Shown piece after piece: positions 13,591 through 26,268 of a stretch of DNA of 64,000 nt (the first letter of the stretch is position 1; every line of letters begins with the position of its first letter). Under the pieces are notes generated by a model. The model saw nothing but the letters and a program-made list of their open reading frames with translations, did not search any database and was not told the origin of the DNA. The translations under genes and the position numbers were made by a program. This DNA comes from Eledone cirrhosa (lineage: Eukaryota). Location of the stretch: positions 230,640,001-230,704,000 of the forward strand of contig OZ024740.1 of assembly GCA_964016885.1 (NCBI GenBank), written 5' to 3'.

Positions 13591-13772
13591 ATAGGAAAAA
13601 GTATGACCCCGACGGCAGAGCTCAAGCCGTTTCGACGGCTATTTCTGGACTATATCCAGAAATAGCCGTCGAAACGACTTGAGCTCTGCTGTCGGGGTCA
13701 TACTTTTTCCTATTTCCCACTCTACTACCCTAAGTATTGAGTGGTCTGGTTCCTTACCACAATTCCTTTGTT
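13591..13772 (+). mobile_element. Fold-back mini-PLE-like element with HHR 3' half
   Basis: 59-bp arms 13591-13649/13655-13713; GAAA-CGGC-TTGAGCTCT-GCCG-TC in left-arm complement; unpaired 3' tail; (TA)n flanks. Confidence 0.75.
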
Positions 13773-13784
13773 ATATATATATAT

Positions 13785-14184
13785 ATATAATATATAAGAA
13801 CAAAAGATGGTTAAGAGTTCCATGTATTTTATTATGCGCATTTCAAAAACAAATATCATCATGCAATAACATTTGTGTTTTCATCAGATAAAACAGGAAG
13901 ACATGATATGAAGGGTAAAAAACACTTGTGGATAGTTCAGTTTTAAATCAACATATGTTGATTTAAAACTGAACTATCCACAAGTGTTTTTTAACCTTCA
14001 TATCATGTCTTCCTGTTTTATCTGATGAAAACACAAATGTTATTGCATGATGATATTTGTTTTTGAAATGTGCATAATAATAATAATAATAATGAAATTA
14101 TTGTGTAAAGTGCTGAGGTGCACTACAACTCGTCAAATACATGGAACTCTTTTAACCATCTTTTGTTCTTATATATTATATATA
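13785..14184. mobile_element. Loopless palindrome with a hammerhead in each arm
   Basis: Centre ACAT|ATGT at 13954/13955; about 125-bp near-perfect arms plus outer arms; about 57-nt insertion in right arm. Confidence 0.85.
13827..13893 (-). ncRNA. Intact-looking type-I hammerhead ribozyme
   Basis: TTTTAT-CTGATGA-[long stem II]-GAAA-TGCGCA-TA^ATAAAA; mirror copy on + at 14016-14080. Confidence 0.8.
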
Positions 14185-14280
14185 CTCCAGTCCTACAAAC
14201 TGTAGAGTGCTTCTTATCCGATATCTGCATTGTTTTATTGTACTACAATAAAACTCACCTCCTACATACATATATATATA

Positions 14281-14317
14281 TAACGTGGAGGCAGCCATCA
14301 TGCATGAATCTACACGT

Positions 14318-14382
<65 letters not shown>

Positions 14383-14470
14383 CACGTGTAGATTCATGCA
14401 TGATGGCTGCCCCCTCGTTATCGAGTATGGCCATTGCACGAGGAAAAAAAACAATAATAATAGTAATAAC
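14281..14470 (+). repeat. Inverted repeat around (CA)n(TA)n with (AAT)n-type tail
   Basis: Arms 14281-14324 and 14377-14420. Confidence 0.8.
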
Positions 14471-14518
14471 AATAATAATAACGACAACAACAACAATAAT
14501 AATATACATATATACACA

Positions 14519-14569
<51 letters not shown>

Positions 14570-14578
14570 CGATAGTAA

Positions 14579-15085
14579 TTAACAGTGCTGCGATCGAATG
14601 TGGCTTTTTAGCCCAACCAATGATCTAAAATGTCTTGCACGGAGTTGGCAACCAAAACATTCACTGGGAATAGCCGGCTGTGGTTGGAGTTCATGTACTT
14701 TTGCATGTCGCTTGAGCCCTCCTGCTGATTTACATTCTCTACCACATGCTGGGCAGGCATGATGAGTAGCATCTCCAACAGCAGCCTGGCAGTCAACCAC
14801 TGGTCTCACTTTATGACTACGAAGATGACTTTTGAGTCCAGCTTTGCTTAGGCAGTCTCTCGCACAGACGCTGCATGTCAGCGCCATAGAGGGGGACCTT
14901 CGCCGTCTGGAAATGCAATAGCAATGCCCTTCCTCACATCCCGCTTTACTTTCTCGTATGCGATTTGAGATGCCTCAAAGGCAACTTTCCCCTCGTATAC
15001 AGTCTTTCTCCATTTATTACGATCAGCAGCAACATTTTCCTATGTATCAGCAGAGCTGTTAGCGTCTTTCAAAGAGGCTTGGGTT
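14579..15085 (-). pseudogene. 3' end of an RTE/BovB-like LINE with three C2H2-like zinc fingers
   Basis: QASLKDAN...*ENVAADRNKWRKTVYEG followed by CSVCARDCLSKAGLKSHLRSH, CPACGRECKSAGGLKRHAKVH and a degenerate third finger. Confidence 0.7.
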
Positions 15086-15402
15086 AATGTCGGAGCCTAT
15101 CTCAGTAAAAAATGGAGTGAAATACATACATACAAATGAATATATGAGGGATGAACATCTATACAATTATAGAAGTGTTCGGATTGCAAATGACCAAGTT
15201 AGCTAGGTTGAAAAAATACTAATTTAACATAATTCCCTTCTTTGAGCTATTTAATTGTAAAAGACTATTTCGAGTTTATAACTCAATATTTGATACATAC
15301 ATTCATAGATACATACATGTATACAAACATGAATTCATTTATTCATGCATGCATACATTCATTAATGCATATATACATATATACATTTATATATATATAT
15401 AT

Positions 15403-15810
15403 ATATTGTTATACTTGGGGAGGGTCATATTTGTGTAATAATATTGCCAGAATTAATAACAGAACACACTCAGTGTTTGGTTGGTTTTCGCTTCTGTGTC
15501 TTTTATATCGGTTAATTTAATTTATTCGGTCCTCAATGTTGCCATTGACTGACCAACGGTCAAAAATACAGATACAATATAGATACAAACACATATATAT
15601 ATAGTCTATCAAAGTTCTTTCGTTGCACATCTGCAACATCGTCAGTGGTGCTATTATGTTTCCTCCCGTTGCATTGTATGCTTACGCCATCTTTATTTAG
15701 TCTGTTTATTTATTTATTTATTTGTTTATTTTTATTTTTTTTGTATAACAATATTTGTTTCGACACACAATTTCATATAAAAACCTTGCAAAACTAATTC
15801 ATCGCCGTTA
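15403..15810 (-). mobile_element. PLE-like terminal-repeat fragment with HHR and inverted end plus tail
   Basis: Ends shared with 62855-62987; HHR at 15608-15649; (TA)n flanks. Confidence 0.65.
15608..15649 (-). ncRNA. Minimal hammerhead motif
   Basis: ACCA-CTGACGA-T-GTTGCA-GATG-TGCAAC-GAAA-GAAC-TT-TGAT. Confidence 0.65.
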
Positions 15811-15852
15811 TATATATATATATATATATATATTATGTTATATATATATATA

Positions 15853-16041
15853 ATTGTTTCTACTTTAGGCACAAGGCCAGCAATTATCCCAGTCCATTAC
15901 TGGTACTTTATTTTATCGACCCTGTAAGGATGAAAGGCAAAGTTAACCTCGGCGGGATTTGAACTCAGATCGTAAAGGGACGTAACTATGCTGGAAAGCA
16001 TGGCGTCCGACCCTCCACCGATACTGCCAATCCACCGCCCT
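15853..16041 (-). mobile_element. tRNA-derived SINE (Meta-domain-like)
   Basis: A/B boxes plus GCCTTTCATCCTTACAGGGTCGATAAAATAAAGTACCAG; copies near 11040-11236, 11490-11605, 26430-26630, 29625-29730, 47035-47255, 49560-49665, 60640-60816. Confidence 0.75.
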
Positions 16042-16060
16042 TATATATATATATATATAA

Positions 16061-16112
<52 letters not shown>

Positions 16113-16309
16113 ATATTATGTGTATATATATACCACGATAAATTAACAGAGCTATAGGCCCTCGCCATTCCCTGTAAACAATGTGCTCAAAGGAGTAGAG
16201 ATCCTGAGCTCTTTAAAATACAATATGTTGAAAAGGTAACACACCAGGGAGAGATATTATGTGTATATATATATATATATATAGATATTATGTGTATATA
16301 TATATATAT

Positions 16310-16340
<31 letters not shown>

Positions 16341-16349
16341 TATGTGTAT

Positions 16350-19300
16350 TAAACTTCTCCTAAAGTCACCCATAAAGTCGTCAGCCTAGAAGTAAAATTC
16401 TCCTTCTAGTATTGTTATTAAATAATTATTCTAGAACCTTCCTGCATCTCGCTCGCAAACTTTGTAAACACTTTGCTCCTTCTCTCACCCCCCCCCCCCC
16501 CCCCACCTGATTGCAAGTATAAAATAAATCTTGCTGGATTCCAACGACAGAATTTATCTATCCTATCTAATCTATCTTAAGGGCGATCTGTCGATTTTAT
16601 TTATCTAATCTATCTTAAGGGCGATCTGTCGATTTTGAGAATGTAAGCAAAACCTGTCTTTTCTTTATTTCCGTAGTCTCCTCAATTAAGCAGTGTTTTT
16701 AAAATCTTATTTATACCACTCTAAAATTCAAATTCACCGTTTTCCTCTCTGATTTTAAATTGCTATTACATGTTTTTAATATGTCCCAATCTGTTGAACC
16801 TTTCCTAAAAACTAAACTTCTCCTAAAGTCACCCATTTCCTGCCCTCCCACCCCCACACACCACCATTGCTATATGGTCCAATCATAACTCAGCGACTTT
16901 AGTAAGTTCTCTAACAAATCAGTATAGCAAAGCTACCACCCCGGTTACTACTCCTTAAGTTTAAACCTGTTTGATGGGTTGACTGCGGAAATTTGAAAAG
17001 TCTAAGCACTCAATGACAATGTCACAGATAAAGATAAATTCAACTCCTGCTGCAAGACGAGAATACAAGGACCCCTCTTTATTTCAGACATAGATGACCA
17101 ACAAAATCCCACACCCCTCCCTGCCTCTCCAACCCATCCATCCCACCCTCCCAACTTCAGAGTTGGTACCATGAACGTAGGCACTTTGAAAGGTCGCTTA
17201 AATGAGGTTGTAGAGATGCTTGAACGTAAAGAAGTTAATGTTTGTTGTATTCAAGAGACTAGGTGGAGAGCGGGGGGTTTGCCAGATTCATTGTGGGTAA
17301 AAAATGATGCTATAAACTTTTCTGGGTGGGAAATGACAACGGACAGGGTGGTGTAGGAATTATGTTAGCTGAAAAATGGGTAGATAAGGTAATTGACGTA
17401 AATAGAGTGAATGACAGAATAATTGAATTAAGACTAGTTCTAAATAGAACTACTGTGACAATAATATCTGCTTATGCACCCCAATCTGGTCTACCTGATG
17501 TTATAAAGGACAGGTTCTATGAGATGCTAATGCACACTACCTCCTAAATAACCGACAGTGACTACTTAATTATTGCTGGCGATCTAAATGGTCACGTTGG
17601 ACAACATAGTGATGGCTATGATGGAATCGATGGAGGCTATGGGGTTAGAAATAGAAATGAGGAGGGCTTCAGAATCCTGGAATTCTGTGACGCAAATAGC
17701 CTAACTATCTGTAACACAAACTTCAAAAAACGTGAAAACCACTTGATCACCTATAGATCAGGGGAACACGCCAGCCAGATAGATTATATCCTTACTAGAA
17801 GACAGGACAAAATGTCTGTTGTAAACACTAAATCCCTCCCCCCGTGAAGAATGCACCTCCCAACATAGCCTAGTAGTTATTAGTGACCTCATAGTCAGGA
17901 ATAGACGTACTCGACGACAGAGGAGGCCTACCTTGAGGAGAAGAATATGGATGTTGAAGGACCCCATAGCCAGTGACAAATTTAAAAGCTTATTACTTGA
18001 TGCCTTTGACAATAAGGAAGAGCAATTAGAGATTTGCAATATAGAGGAACAGTGGCAATTCTTGAAAGTGAACCTGCTGAAAGCAACGGATGAAATCTGT
18101 GGCTGGAGCAGACCTATTGGCATGAAGAGAGTAACTTGGTGGTGGAACAGTAAGGTGGAAGAGACGATCAAGGCCAAAAAGCAGGCTTGGAAAGTATGGC
18201 AGGATGGGGGAAATAGAGAGCACTATCAAGTGGCCAGTAGAGAAGCTAGGAGACAAGTGTACCTTGCAAAAAGGGTAGCAGAGGATAGAAAGTTCAAGCA
18301 TGTTCTGCAACGTGAGGACCAAAACGTGAGGTGTTCAGGATTGCTAGACAATGTGTCAAGGAAACCGTGCTATTGTCGGGGAGAAGGGTGTCCGTAATGA
18401 TAATGGTGTACTTGCGCTCACTGATACTGATAAGAAGATAGCCTGGAAGTGTCACTACGAGAGACTATTAAATGAGGAGAATAAATGGGAAAAAGATATT
18501 CTGCCCCAAATCGATCCAATAGAAGGACCAGCGGTGCAAGTTAAAGGTAGTATAATAAGTAAGGCAATCAAAGATATGAAGACGGGTAAGGCGGCTGGGC
18601 CTTTGGAAATAGTTGCTGAAATGCTGAAAGCATCTGGAACGGTGGGACACACTATGGTCACCCGGATAATAAACCAAGTCATACAGAATGGGGTCATACC
18701 GAAAGACTGGCGTAGCAGCATCATCATCATTAACTGCTACAAGGGTAAAGGGGATGCTCTAGATAGGGGAAACTATAGAGGCATTAAGTTAGTTGACCAG
18801 GTCATGAAGGTCACAGAAAGAGTTATAGCGCAACTAATCAGAGAGCGAATTGATCTAGATGAAATGCAGTTTGGGTTTGTGTCAGGTAAAAGTACCACAG
18901 ACGGCAACTACAAGAGAAGTACCTAGCTAAAAGTAAACCCCTCTACTTAGCTTTTGTAGACCTGGAGAAAGCTTTTGACAAAGTCCCCCGCTCCATTATC
19001 TGGTGGGCTCTTAGAAAACTAGGTGTAGATGAATGGCTTGTGAGAGCTATACAAGCTATGTATAATGAAACAGTCAGTAAGGTTAGAATTAACAATGAAT
19101 ATTGTGAAGAGTTTAGTGTAAAAGTTGGCGTTCATCAAGGCTCTGTCCTTAGCCCCCTCTTATTTATTATTGCTCTTCAGGCTATAACAGAGGAGTTCAA
19201 GACCGGCTGCCCATGGAACTCCTATACGCAGATGATCTAACGCTCATAGCTGAATCAAAGGCTGAACTAGAGAAGAAATTCCAAACATGGAAGCATGGCC

Positions 19301-20581
19301 TAGAATCAAAAGGCCTTAAAATTAACCTGTCTAAGACTAAAGTTCTAGTTTGTAGGAAGGAAAATAGGACACCGGTCCCATCTGGGAAATGGCCATGCTC
19401 AGTGTGTAGGAAAGGAGTAGGCAGAAACTCCATTTTATGTCCAAAATGCAAAGTATGGGTGCATAAAAGATGTAGTAGGATCACAGGTAAGCTACTAAGA
19501 ATATAGATTTTATATGTGGCTGGTGCTCAGGTGCAATAAGTAGCACAAGTGCAATAAGTAGCACAAGTGCCCACAGAATACTAGCTCATTCCATTGCACA
19601 GATGGTTCTATAGAAATAGTGGACACCTTCCGTTACCTGGGTGACAAAATCAGCAGTGGTGGAGGGTGCTCTGAAAGTAGAGTAGCTAGAGTCAGAACGG
19701 GATTCGAAAAAGTTCAGAGAGCTTATACCACTATTGACCGCTAAAGGGTTCTCCCTAAAAATGAAAGGTAGGCTGTATGATGCCTGCATACGAACAGCAA
19801 TGTTGCATGGCAGTGAGACTTGGGCATTGTGTGCAGAGGATATACGCAGACTGGAGAGGAACGAAGCTTGCATGCTCCGCTGGATGTGTAATAGTAATAT
19901 ACGTGAACGGCAAAGCATAAACGAACTAAGGGAGAAATTAGGAATAAGAGGGATCAGATGTTGTTTACTCGAGAGACGACTACGTTGGTATGGTCACGTG
20001 ATGTGCATGAAAGACGACAGCTGTATAAAAAAGTGCAGGGCGATAAAAATAGATGGTAGCCACGGAGTAGGCCGACCCAGAAAAACCTGGGACGACTTGA
20101 TAAATTCCGACCTCACACACTAACACCTCTCCAGGACAATGTCACTGGACCGAGATCTTTGGCGCTACACAGTAATACAGAAGACCCACCTTGCCTAAGT
20201 ACAAAGCGAAACCTACAGTCAGTAGGCACCTCTAACAAAAATACACCCCGTCCCACTACCCCCACCCCATCCACACCACCCATTTCAATGTAAAGTTATG
20301 TTGGTACCACAACATCCAGGCCGAAACAAATGAGGTCGTGTAGGTGTCACGACAAAAAAAAACACACAGTCCACGCTGTAATGTGGCCATGTAGGTAACA
20401 CGGTGAAAACCTCCCAGTTCCACACTGTAAATGTGGTTGGTGTTAGGAAGGGCATCCAGCCGTAGAAAACCTGCCAGACAGTCCTATACGGGCAAGTCAA
20501 CCAATCTTGCCTCAAGTGGGAAAATTCCCATCCAAACCCATGCAAGCGTGGAAGATGGACGTTAAACGATGATGATGATGA
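16350..20581 (+). mobile_element. Near-full-length disabled RTE-clade LINE (APE, RT, internal Cys/His finger)
   Basis: APE motifs VGTMNVGTL, CIQETRW, ISAYAPQ; RT motifs NYRGIKL, VHQGSVLSPLLF, LLYADD; CSVC...CPKCKVWVHKRC; several frameshifts and stops; (GAT)n tail. 5' boundary approximate. Confidence 0.92.
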
Positions 20582-20714
20582 TATTATATATATATATATA
20601 CATATAGGACAGGGGCTCCTATCATTAAAACACCTGAGAAACCACCTATGAGATGGAACCTCAAAGCAGGTTAACTAAAACTGCATAGGTCTGAGCTGTT
20701 TATTTTCTTTCTTT

Positions 20715-21910
20715 TTCATTTTACATCACCCTACAGCAATCACATTGCCCACAATAACATAACTTTGCTGTGCCCATCCTAGCAGAAAAATTTTGTCTGC
20801 TGAACTGCTCATTGCAAGAACTGAATGAGAAGGATGTAAGGACTTGCAAGCTGCTCAGTGTTACTAGAAATTTAAACATTAACAGAGAAGTGAATAGGCT
20901 ATACTTCTCATGTAAAAAGACTTGCCAAGGCCTAAAATCCATATTAAGATCATATGAGACCTAGATACCTAGATAGTGATATTGAAGCAACATCTTCAAT
21001 AGAAGAAAAAGGTCAGGAACCATGTAGTTTTACAAGCATGAAAATAACAATATTGTTAGAGTAGCCACTTATCTAGCGGAGAGAGATGAACTAAAAGCTG
21101 TCACAGATTTCTCTCTTCAGAATATTCAAAAATTTTACTCAAAGCCCAAGCAAAATAAAAATAATTGACAAGTTCACTAAGAAAGTTGTAAATGGGTACT
21201 TGAGATGAAAAGCGCAGAACATAGAGGGGATAAACCACACTAAAAGCCTGGCATGGAGTTCCAACAATTTCATAACATCTCAACTTGAAATACTTCCATG
21301 TAATCCAGAAACAAAAAAATCACCAAGTACCTACTTCGCTTAAGAGGAAGGCTATCAGTTGACAATAAATGGAGGCTGTGTAAAACAAAACTGAACATGT
21401 TAGCTACATTGTTGCCAACTGTGAAATAATTTCTTCTTCGTACTACCCTCCACCCCACCCTCATGAAGCATCATGTGGTAGCCAGAACAATCTGGAAAGC
21501 AGTATGGAAGAAGAAAATAAAAACAAATAGAGGGGAATATATTGGGACCTGTGATTCAAAGGAATATTGGTAGAACTTAAAATTAAAATCCACTGCCAAA
21601 TTTAAACACAACTGGCCTGATATTTTTGTTTGGGATTACAGATTTAAAACATGTTCTGTTGTAGAAATCAGCTGCCCACCTGATAATGTAGTAAGATACA
21701 AGAGAAGGCAGATATTAACGGGCCATTGTGGAAGAGTTTGCACATTAAATTTCATACCTCTATTATTGAAGCTACAAGATACATATTAACCTGGCTGGAC
21801 CAAAATATGGCAACACTTAGATTCTTAATTCCCCTTCAACATCTGTAAAATATTCTTAAGATGGAAATTTTCATTTTTTTTAGAACCGGGAAGGTGGCCA
21901 TTGAAAAATA
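20715..21910 (+). pseudogene. Decayed Dong/R4-like (RLE) non-LTR retrotransposon fragment
   Basis: FAVPILA...LQELNEKDVRTCKLL...VNRLYFSCK...GLKSI (RT C-term), DNKWRLCK (CCHC remnant), KHNWPDIFVWD...VVEISCP (PD..E endonuclease). Confidence 0.7.
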
Positions 21911-22339
21911 AACTCAAATTTAGAGACAAAACATAGACAGACAGACAGACAGGCTTCATAGAAACATACATACACATACATATATATAGAAATATACATA
22001 CTTATAGAATGCATACATACATATACATTAAAAGTATGTGTATTAAAAAGGTAACATATAAAACAAAATAAAAAAGTTAGAAAAAGAATTTAGTAAAATA
22101 AATAGTGAAAGCCAGGTGCAAAGTTCTCCATTCTTAATAGACTTATGGAGTAAATAAACAGTCTTTTACCTCAATTCAACATTGAATAACTATTGTGTTT
22201 AAACAAGTAGATTGTTTTTGTGTCTATTCATGTACACTTATGTCAGGTCTCTATCTATTCCAAAGACGAGTATTCCAGTTGTTTAATCAATAGTACAGAC
22301 TACTTGTGAGGTTAACGTGCAACTGGCTGAGCATTCCAC

Positions 22340-22944
<605 letters not shown>

Positions 22945-23340
22945 TCGTCATCATCATTATTTAACGTCTATTTTCCACGCTAGCATGGATTAGACTGGTT
23001 TGTCCCACTTGAAGCAAGTTTGGTCAGGTGACTGTGTCTCACTTGTATAGAACTGTTTCTGGCTGGTTTTCTGCAGCTGGATGCCCTTCCTAGCGCTAAC
23101 CACATTTACCGTGTCTGCTATACGACCACTTTACAGTGTGGACTGGGTGCTTTTTGTCGTGACACCTACACGACCACTTTTGTGTGGGCTGGATGTTCTG
23201 TGGTACCAACATAACTTTACAGAGAAAGGGTGGTGTGAGGTGGGGTGTATATTGGGTTAAGAGGTGCCTACTGACTGTAGGTTTAAGTTTGTATGTAAGG
23301 GAAGGCAGGTCTTCTGTATTACTGTATAGCGCCAGAGATC
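22945..23340 (-). mobile_element. RTE LINE 3' end fragment
   Basis: Matches 20160-20580 region. Confidence 0.75.
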
Positions 23341-23368
23341 AAGATATATATGTGTGTATATATTTGTG

Positions 23369-23409
<41 letters not shown>

Positions 23410-23442
23410 GAGAAAAACCACAGACCCTCCATCTCAACTGTA

Positions 23443-23478
23443 CTTTTGAAAAGCAGAAGAACTGCGAAACCGGTAAAG
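23443..23478 (+). ncRNA. Degenerate minimal hammerhead
   Basis: CTT-TTGAAAA-GCAG-AAGAA-CTGC-GAAA-CCGG-TA^AAG; core has two substitutions versus CTGAAGA. Confidence 0.55.
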
Positions 23479-23617
23479 GAACCAAATAAATATATATATT
23501 TAAAAAAAAAAGACTCCAGTTGCATTTTCGATTTCATCTTTATTCCTTATACTTTCAGTCGCGTAGGACACCTCGGTTATTTTTCATTTTGTAAGAAAAA
23601 AAACCTCACTTTCTAAT

Positions 23618-23652
<35 letters not shown>

Positions 23653-23657
<5 letters not shown>

Positions 23658-23857
23658 AACGAGAAGGACCCTGATGGCTGAGCTCAAGCCGTTTCGACGG
23701 CTAATTCTGGACTGAATTCGCGTCCAGAATTAGCCGTCGAAACGGCTTGAGCTCAGCCGTTGGGATCCTACTCGTTCCTATTACCCACTCTACTACCCTA
23801 AGTATTGAGTACTTTGGTGCATTATGGTCCACCTGGTTACTTACCACATTTCCTTCG

Positions 23858-23860
<3 letters not shown>
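23653..23860 (+). mobile_element. Fold-back mini-PLE-like element, family of 13591-13772
   Basis: Arms 23653-23712/23722-23781; GAAA-CGGCT-TGAGCTC-AGCCG-TT; tail CCCACTCTACTACCCTAAGTATTGAGT shared. Confidence 0.75.
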
Positions 23861-23899
<39 letters not shown>

Positions 23900-23924
23900 C
23901 TTCAAAATATTAATAAATATAGAC

Positions 23925-23990
23925 ATTTTATTATATATATATTTCAGAGGTACTGAGCTATTTCATCAGTACGTCCGCATCAGGTAAAAT
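23925..23990 (-). ncRNA. Degenerate hammerhead
   Basis: ATTTTAC-CTGATGC-GGAC-GTACTGA...TCAGTAC-CTCT-GAAA-TATATA-TA..TAAAAT. Confidence 0.55.
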
Positions 23991-24192
23991 AAATTGATGT
24001 CTGACATACCTCAACTGTGCTGATGGTTCTAATCTATTGTAAAACTTTATTCATTGATTAATCAATGAACCTTGTTAAACTTTTGATTATATATATATAT
24101 ATGTGTATATGTATGTATATGTATATATATATGTATATGTATATATGTATATATTTATATATATATGTATATATATATATATATGTGTGTAT

Positions 24193-24350
24193 TTATTAAA
24201 ATAACAGATTAAAGTTTAAGCAAAGAATTGCTGCTTTCATCCTTAACAAGATCTTCTTAAGATCCCGTTAAAGGTGAAAGCAGCGATTCTTTGCTTAAAC
24301 TTTAATCTGTTATTTTAATAACTGTTTGCTCTATGGTTCTTATGTTTGAT
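24193..24350 (+). mobile_element. Fold-back mini copy of the 3' terminus of the PLE at 38178-40740
   Basis: About 63-bp arms centred near 24257; left arm nearly identical to 38180-38243. Confidence 0.85.
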
Positions 24351-24417
24351 ATATATTTATCTTTATCGAGCTCTCTTTGAATTTTAGTCTTCACATTTAT
24401 TATTATTACTATATATA

Positions 24418-24470
<53 letters not shown>

Positions 24471-25156
24471 CACATGTGTGTGTGTGTGTATATCAGAGTG
24501 ACCTCCTAAAAAGATGTCTTTTTGAAGACATCTCTCTGAGGAAAGGCTTTGCACAGGTCCGATCGCACTCTTTGAACATCGAATGCATTTGTCCAAAAAG
24601 AAGAACTTGTCTACATCATTGGATGCAAATGAAGCCGCAGGTTTTATATCAGGTCGCTCTTCAGTGCGACCTGATATAAAACCTGTGCATTGTTGGGTTA
24701 TTGGCGACTAAACCGGCAACCTCACTAAGCTTGCTTGGTGAGGAGGGTGATTTTAAACACCCTGCGGGATGAAAAGCAAAAGGCGGAGGAGGAATTCAGG
24801 AGAGTCAACAGCCATCCAAATTAAGATTTTTTTTTTTTTTTTTTTGTGTGTGGAGCGAGAGACTCCTAGTCTTCATTAAGACATCTCTCTGGGAGGTCAC
24901 TCTGATATAAAACCTGCAACTTCATCTGCATCCAATGATGTAGACCAGTTCTTTTTTGGGGGGGAAAAATACACTCCATGTCCAGAGAGTGGGATTGACC
25001 CCGTGCAAAGTCTTTCCTCACTTAAAAAAGCCTCAAGCACAGGCATCGCTTGATATGTGATTTTGTTGCTGACCATAGGCAAATCCCTAGTACGTCCGTG
25101 GTGCTCATGCTCAAGTATCAAGCAATGGCATTACTCGAAATCGAGTTGCAACCATC

Positions 25157-25187
<31 letters not shown>

Positions 25188-25961
25188 GTATGCATATCAT
25201 CATCATCATTTCATTTTACGTCCGCTTTTTCCCTGTTTGCAAGGGTGGGAGGGGAACTGGTTCTGGCTTGATTTCTACAGCTGGATGCCCTTCCTAACAC
25301 CAACCTCATTTACAGTGAGTGCTGGGTGATTTTTTGCCGTGGCACCTCCACGACCACTTTGCAGTGGAATGATATGGACCCCAGTCCCTATCATCTCATT
25401 TCTACAGCTGAGTAAACTGGAGCAATGTGAAATAAAGTGTCTTGCTCAAGGAAATATATATATATATGTATGGATATATATGTATGCGCATATATATGTA
25501 TGTGTGTGTCTGTATATGTGTGTGTGTGGGTATATATGTGTGTGTGTGTGTGGGTATATATGTGTGTGTGTATATATATGTATGTGTGTGTGTATGTGTA
25601 CATATATATATATGTATATATATATATATGTGTGTGTGTGTTTATATATATATTAGTTACAGAGGATATATATATATAGAGAGAGAGATAGATACACATA
25701 TATATCAATGAACATCCACATACACAGATGCACCCCCTCACACACACACATGTGCAACATCACTTTGATAGTCTGTATTAAAGTGGGATTTGCTTTTTAC
25801 TACATAACCATTGCTGTCGGACGTTTTTCTTTGTAGTTCAGTTTCTTCGATCGATCTATTTATTGATCATGGCTTATTCTTCTTCTTCTATTTCACTCCT
25901 GCATATATCGTTACTGTTCTGTTCACTAGCCTAGCAAGAGAGAGTGCGGAGGAGGGGAGAA

Positions 25962-26009
25962 ATAAAAATATACAATGCTATTCTATCCATAGAAAATACA
26001 TCTCTCTCT

Positions 26010-26053
<44 letters not shown>

Positions 26054-26106
26054 ATAGAGAGAGAGAGATGTATTTTCTATGGATAGAATAGCATTGTATA
26101 TTTTAT
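25962..26106. repeat. Perfect inverted repeat (about 47 bp) around a (CT)n/(CTAT)n tract
   Basis: ATAAAAATATACAATGCTATTCTATCCATAGAAAATACATCTCTC and its complement. Confidence 0.85.
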
Positions 26107-26141
26107 ATATATATATATGTGTGTGTATATATATATATGTG

Positions 26142-26200
<59 letters not shown>

Positions 26201-26268
26201 ACACTCACCGAATTAGCTTTTCAAAACGGCAAGAGCTCAACCGTCGGGTCCCGACTATTTCTAGTGTA

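Noticed and set aside
14579-14887. Host C2H2 zinc-finger gene
   Set aside because: Continues directly from a decayed LINE RT C-terminus with a stop; typical of RTE/BovB-like C-terminal fingers
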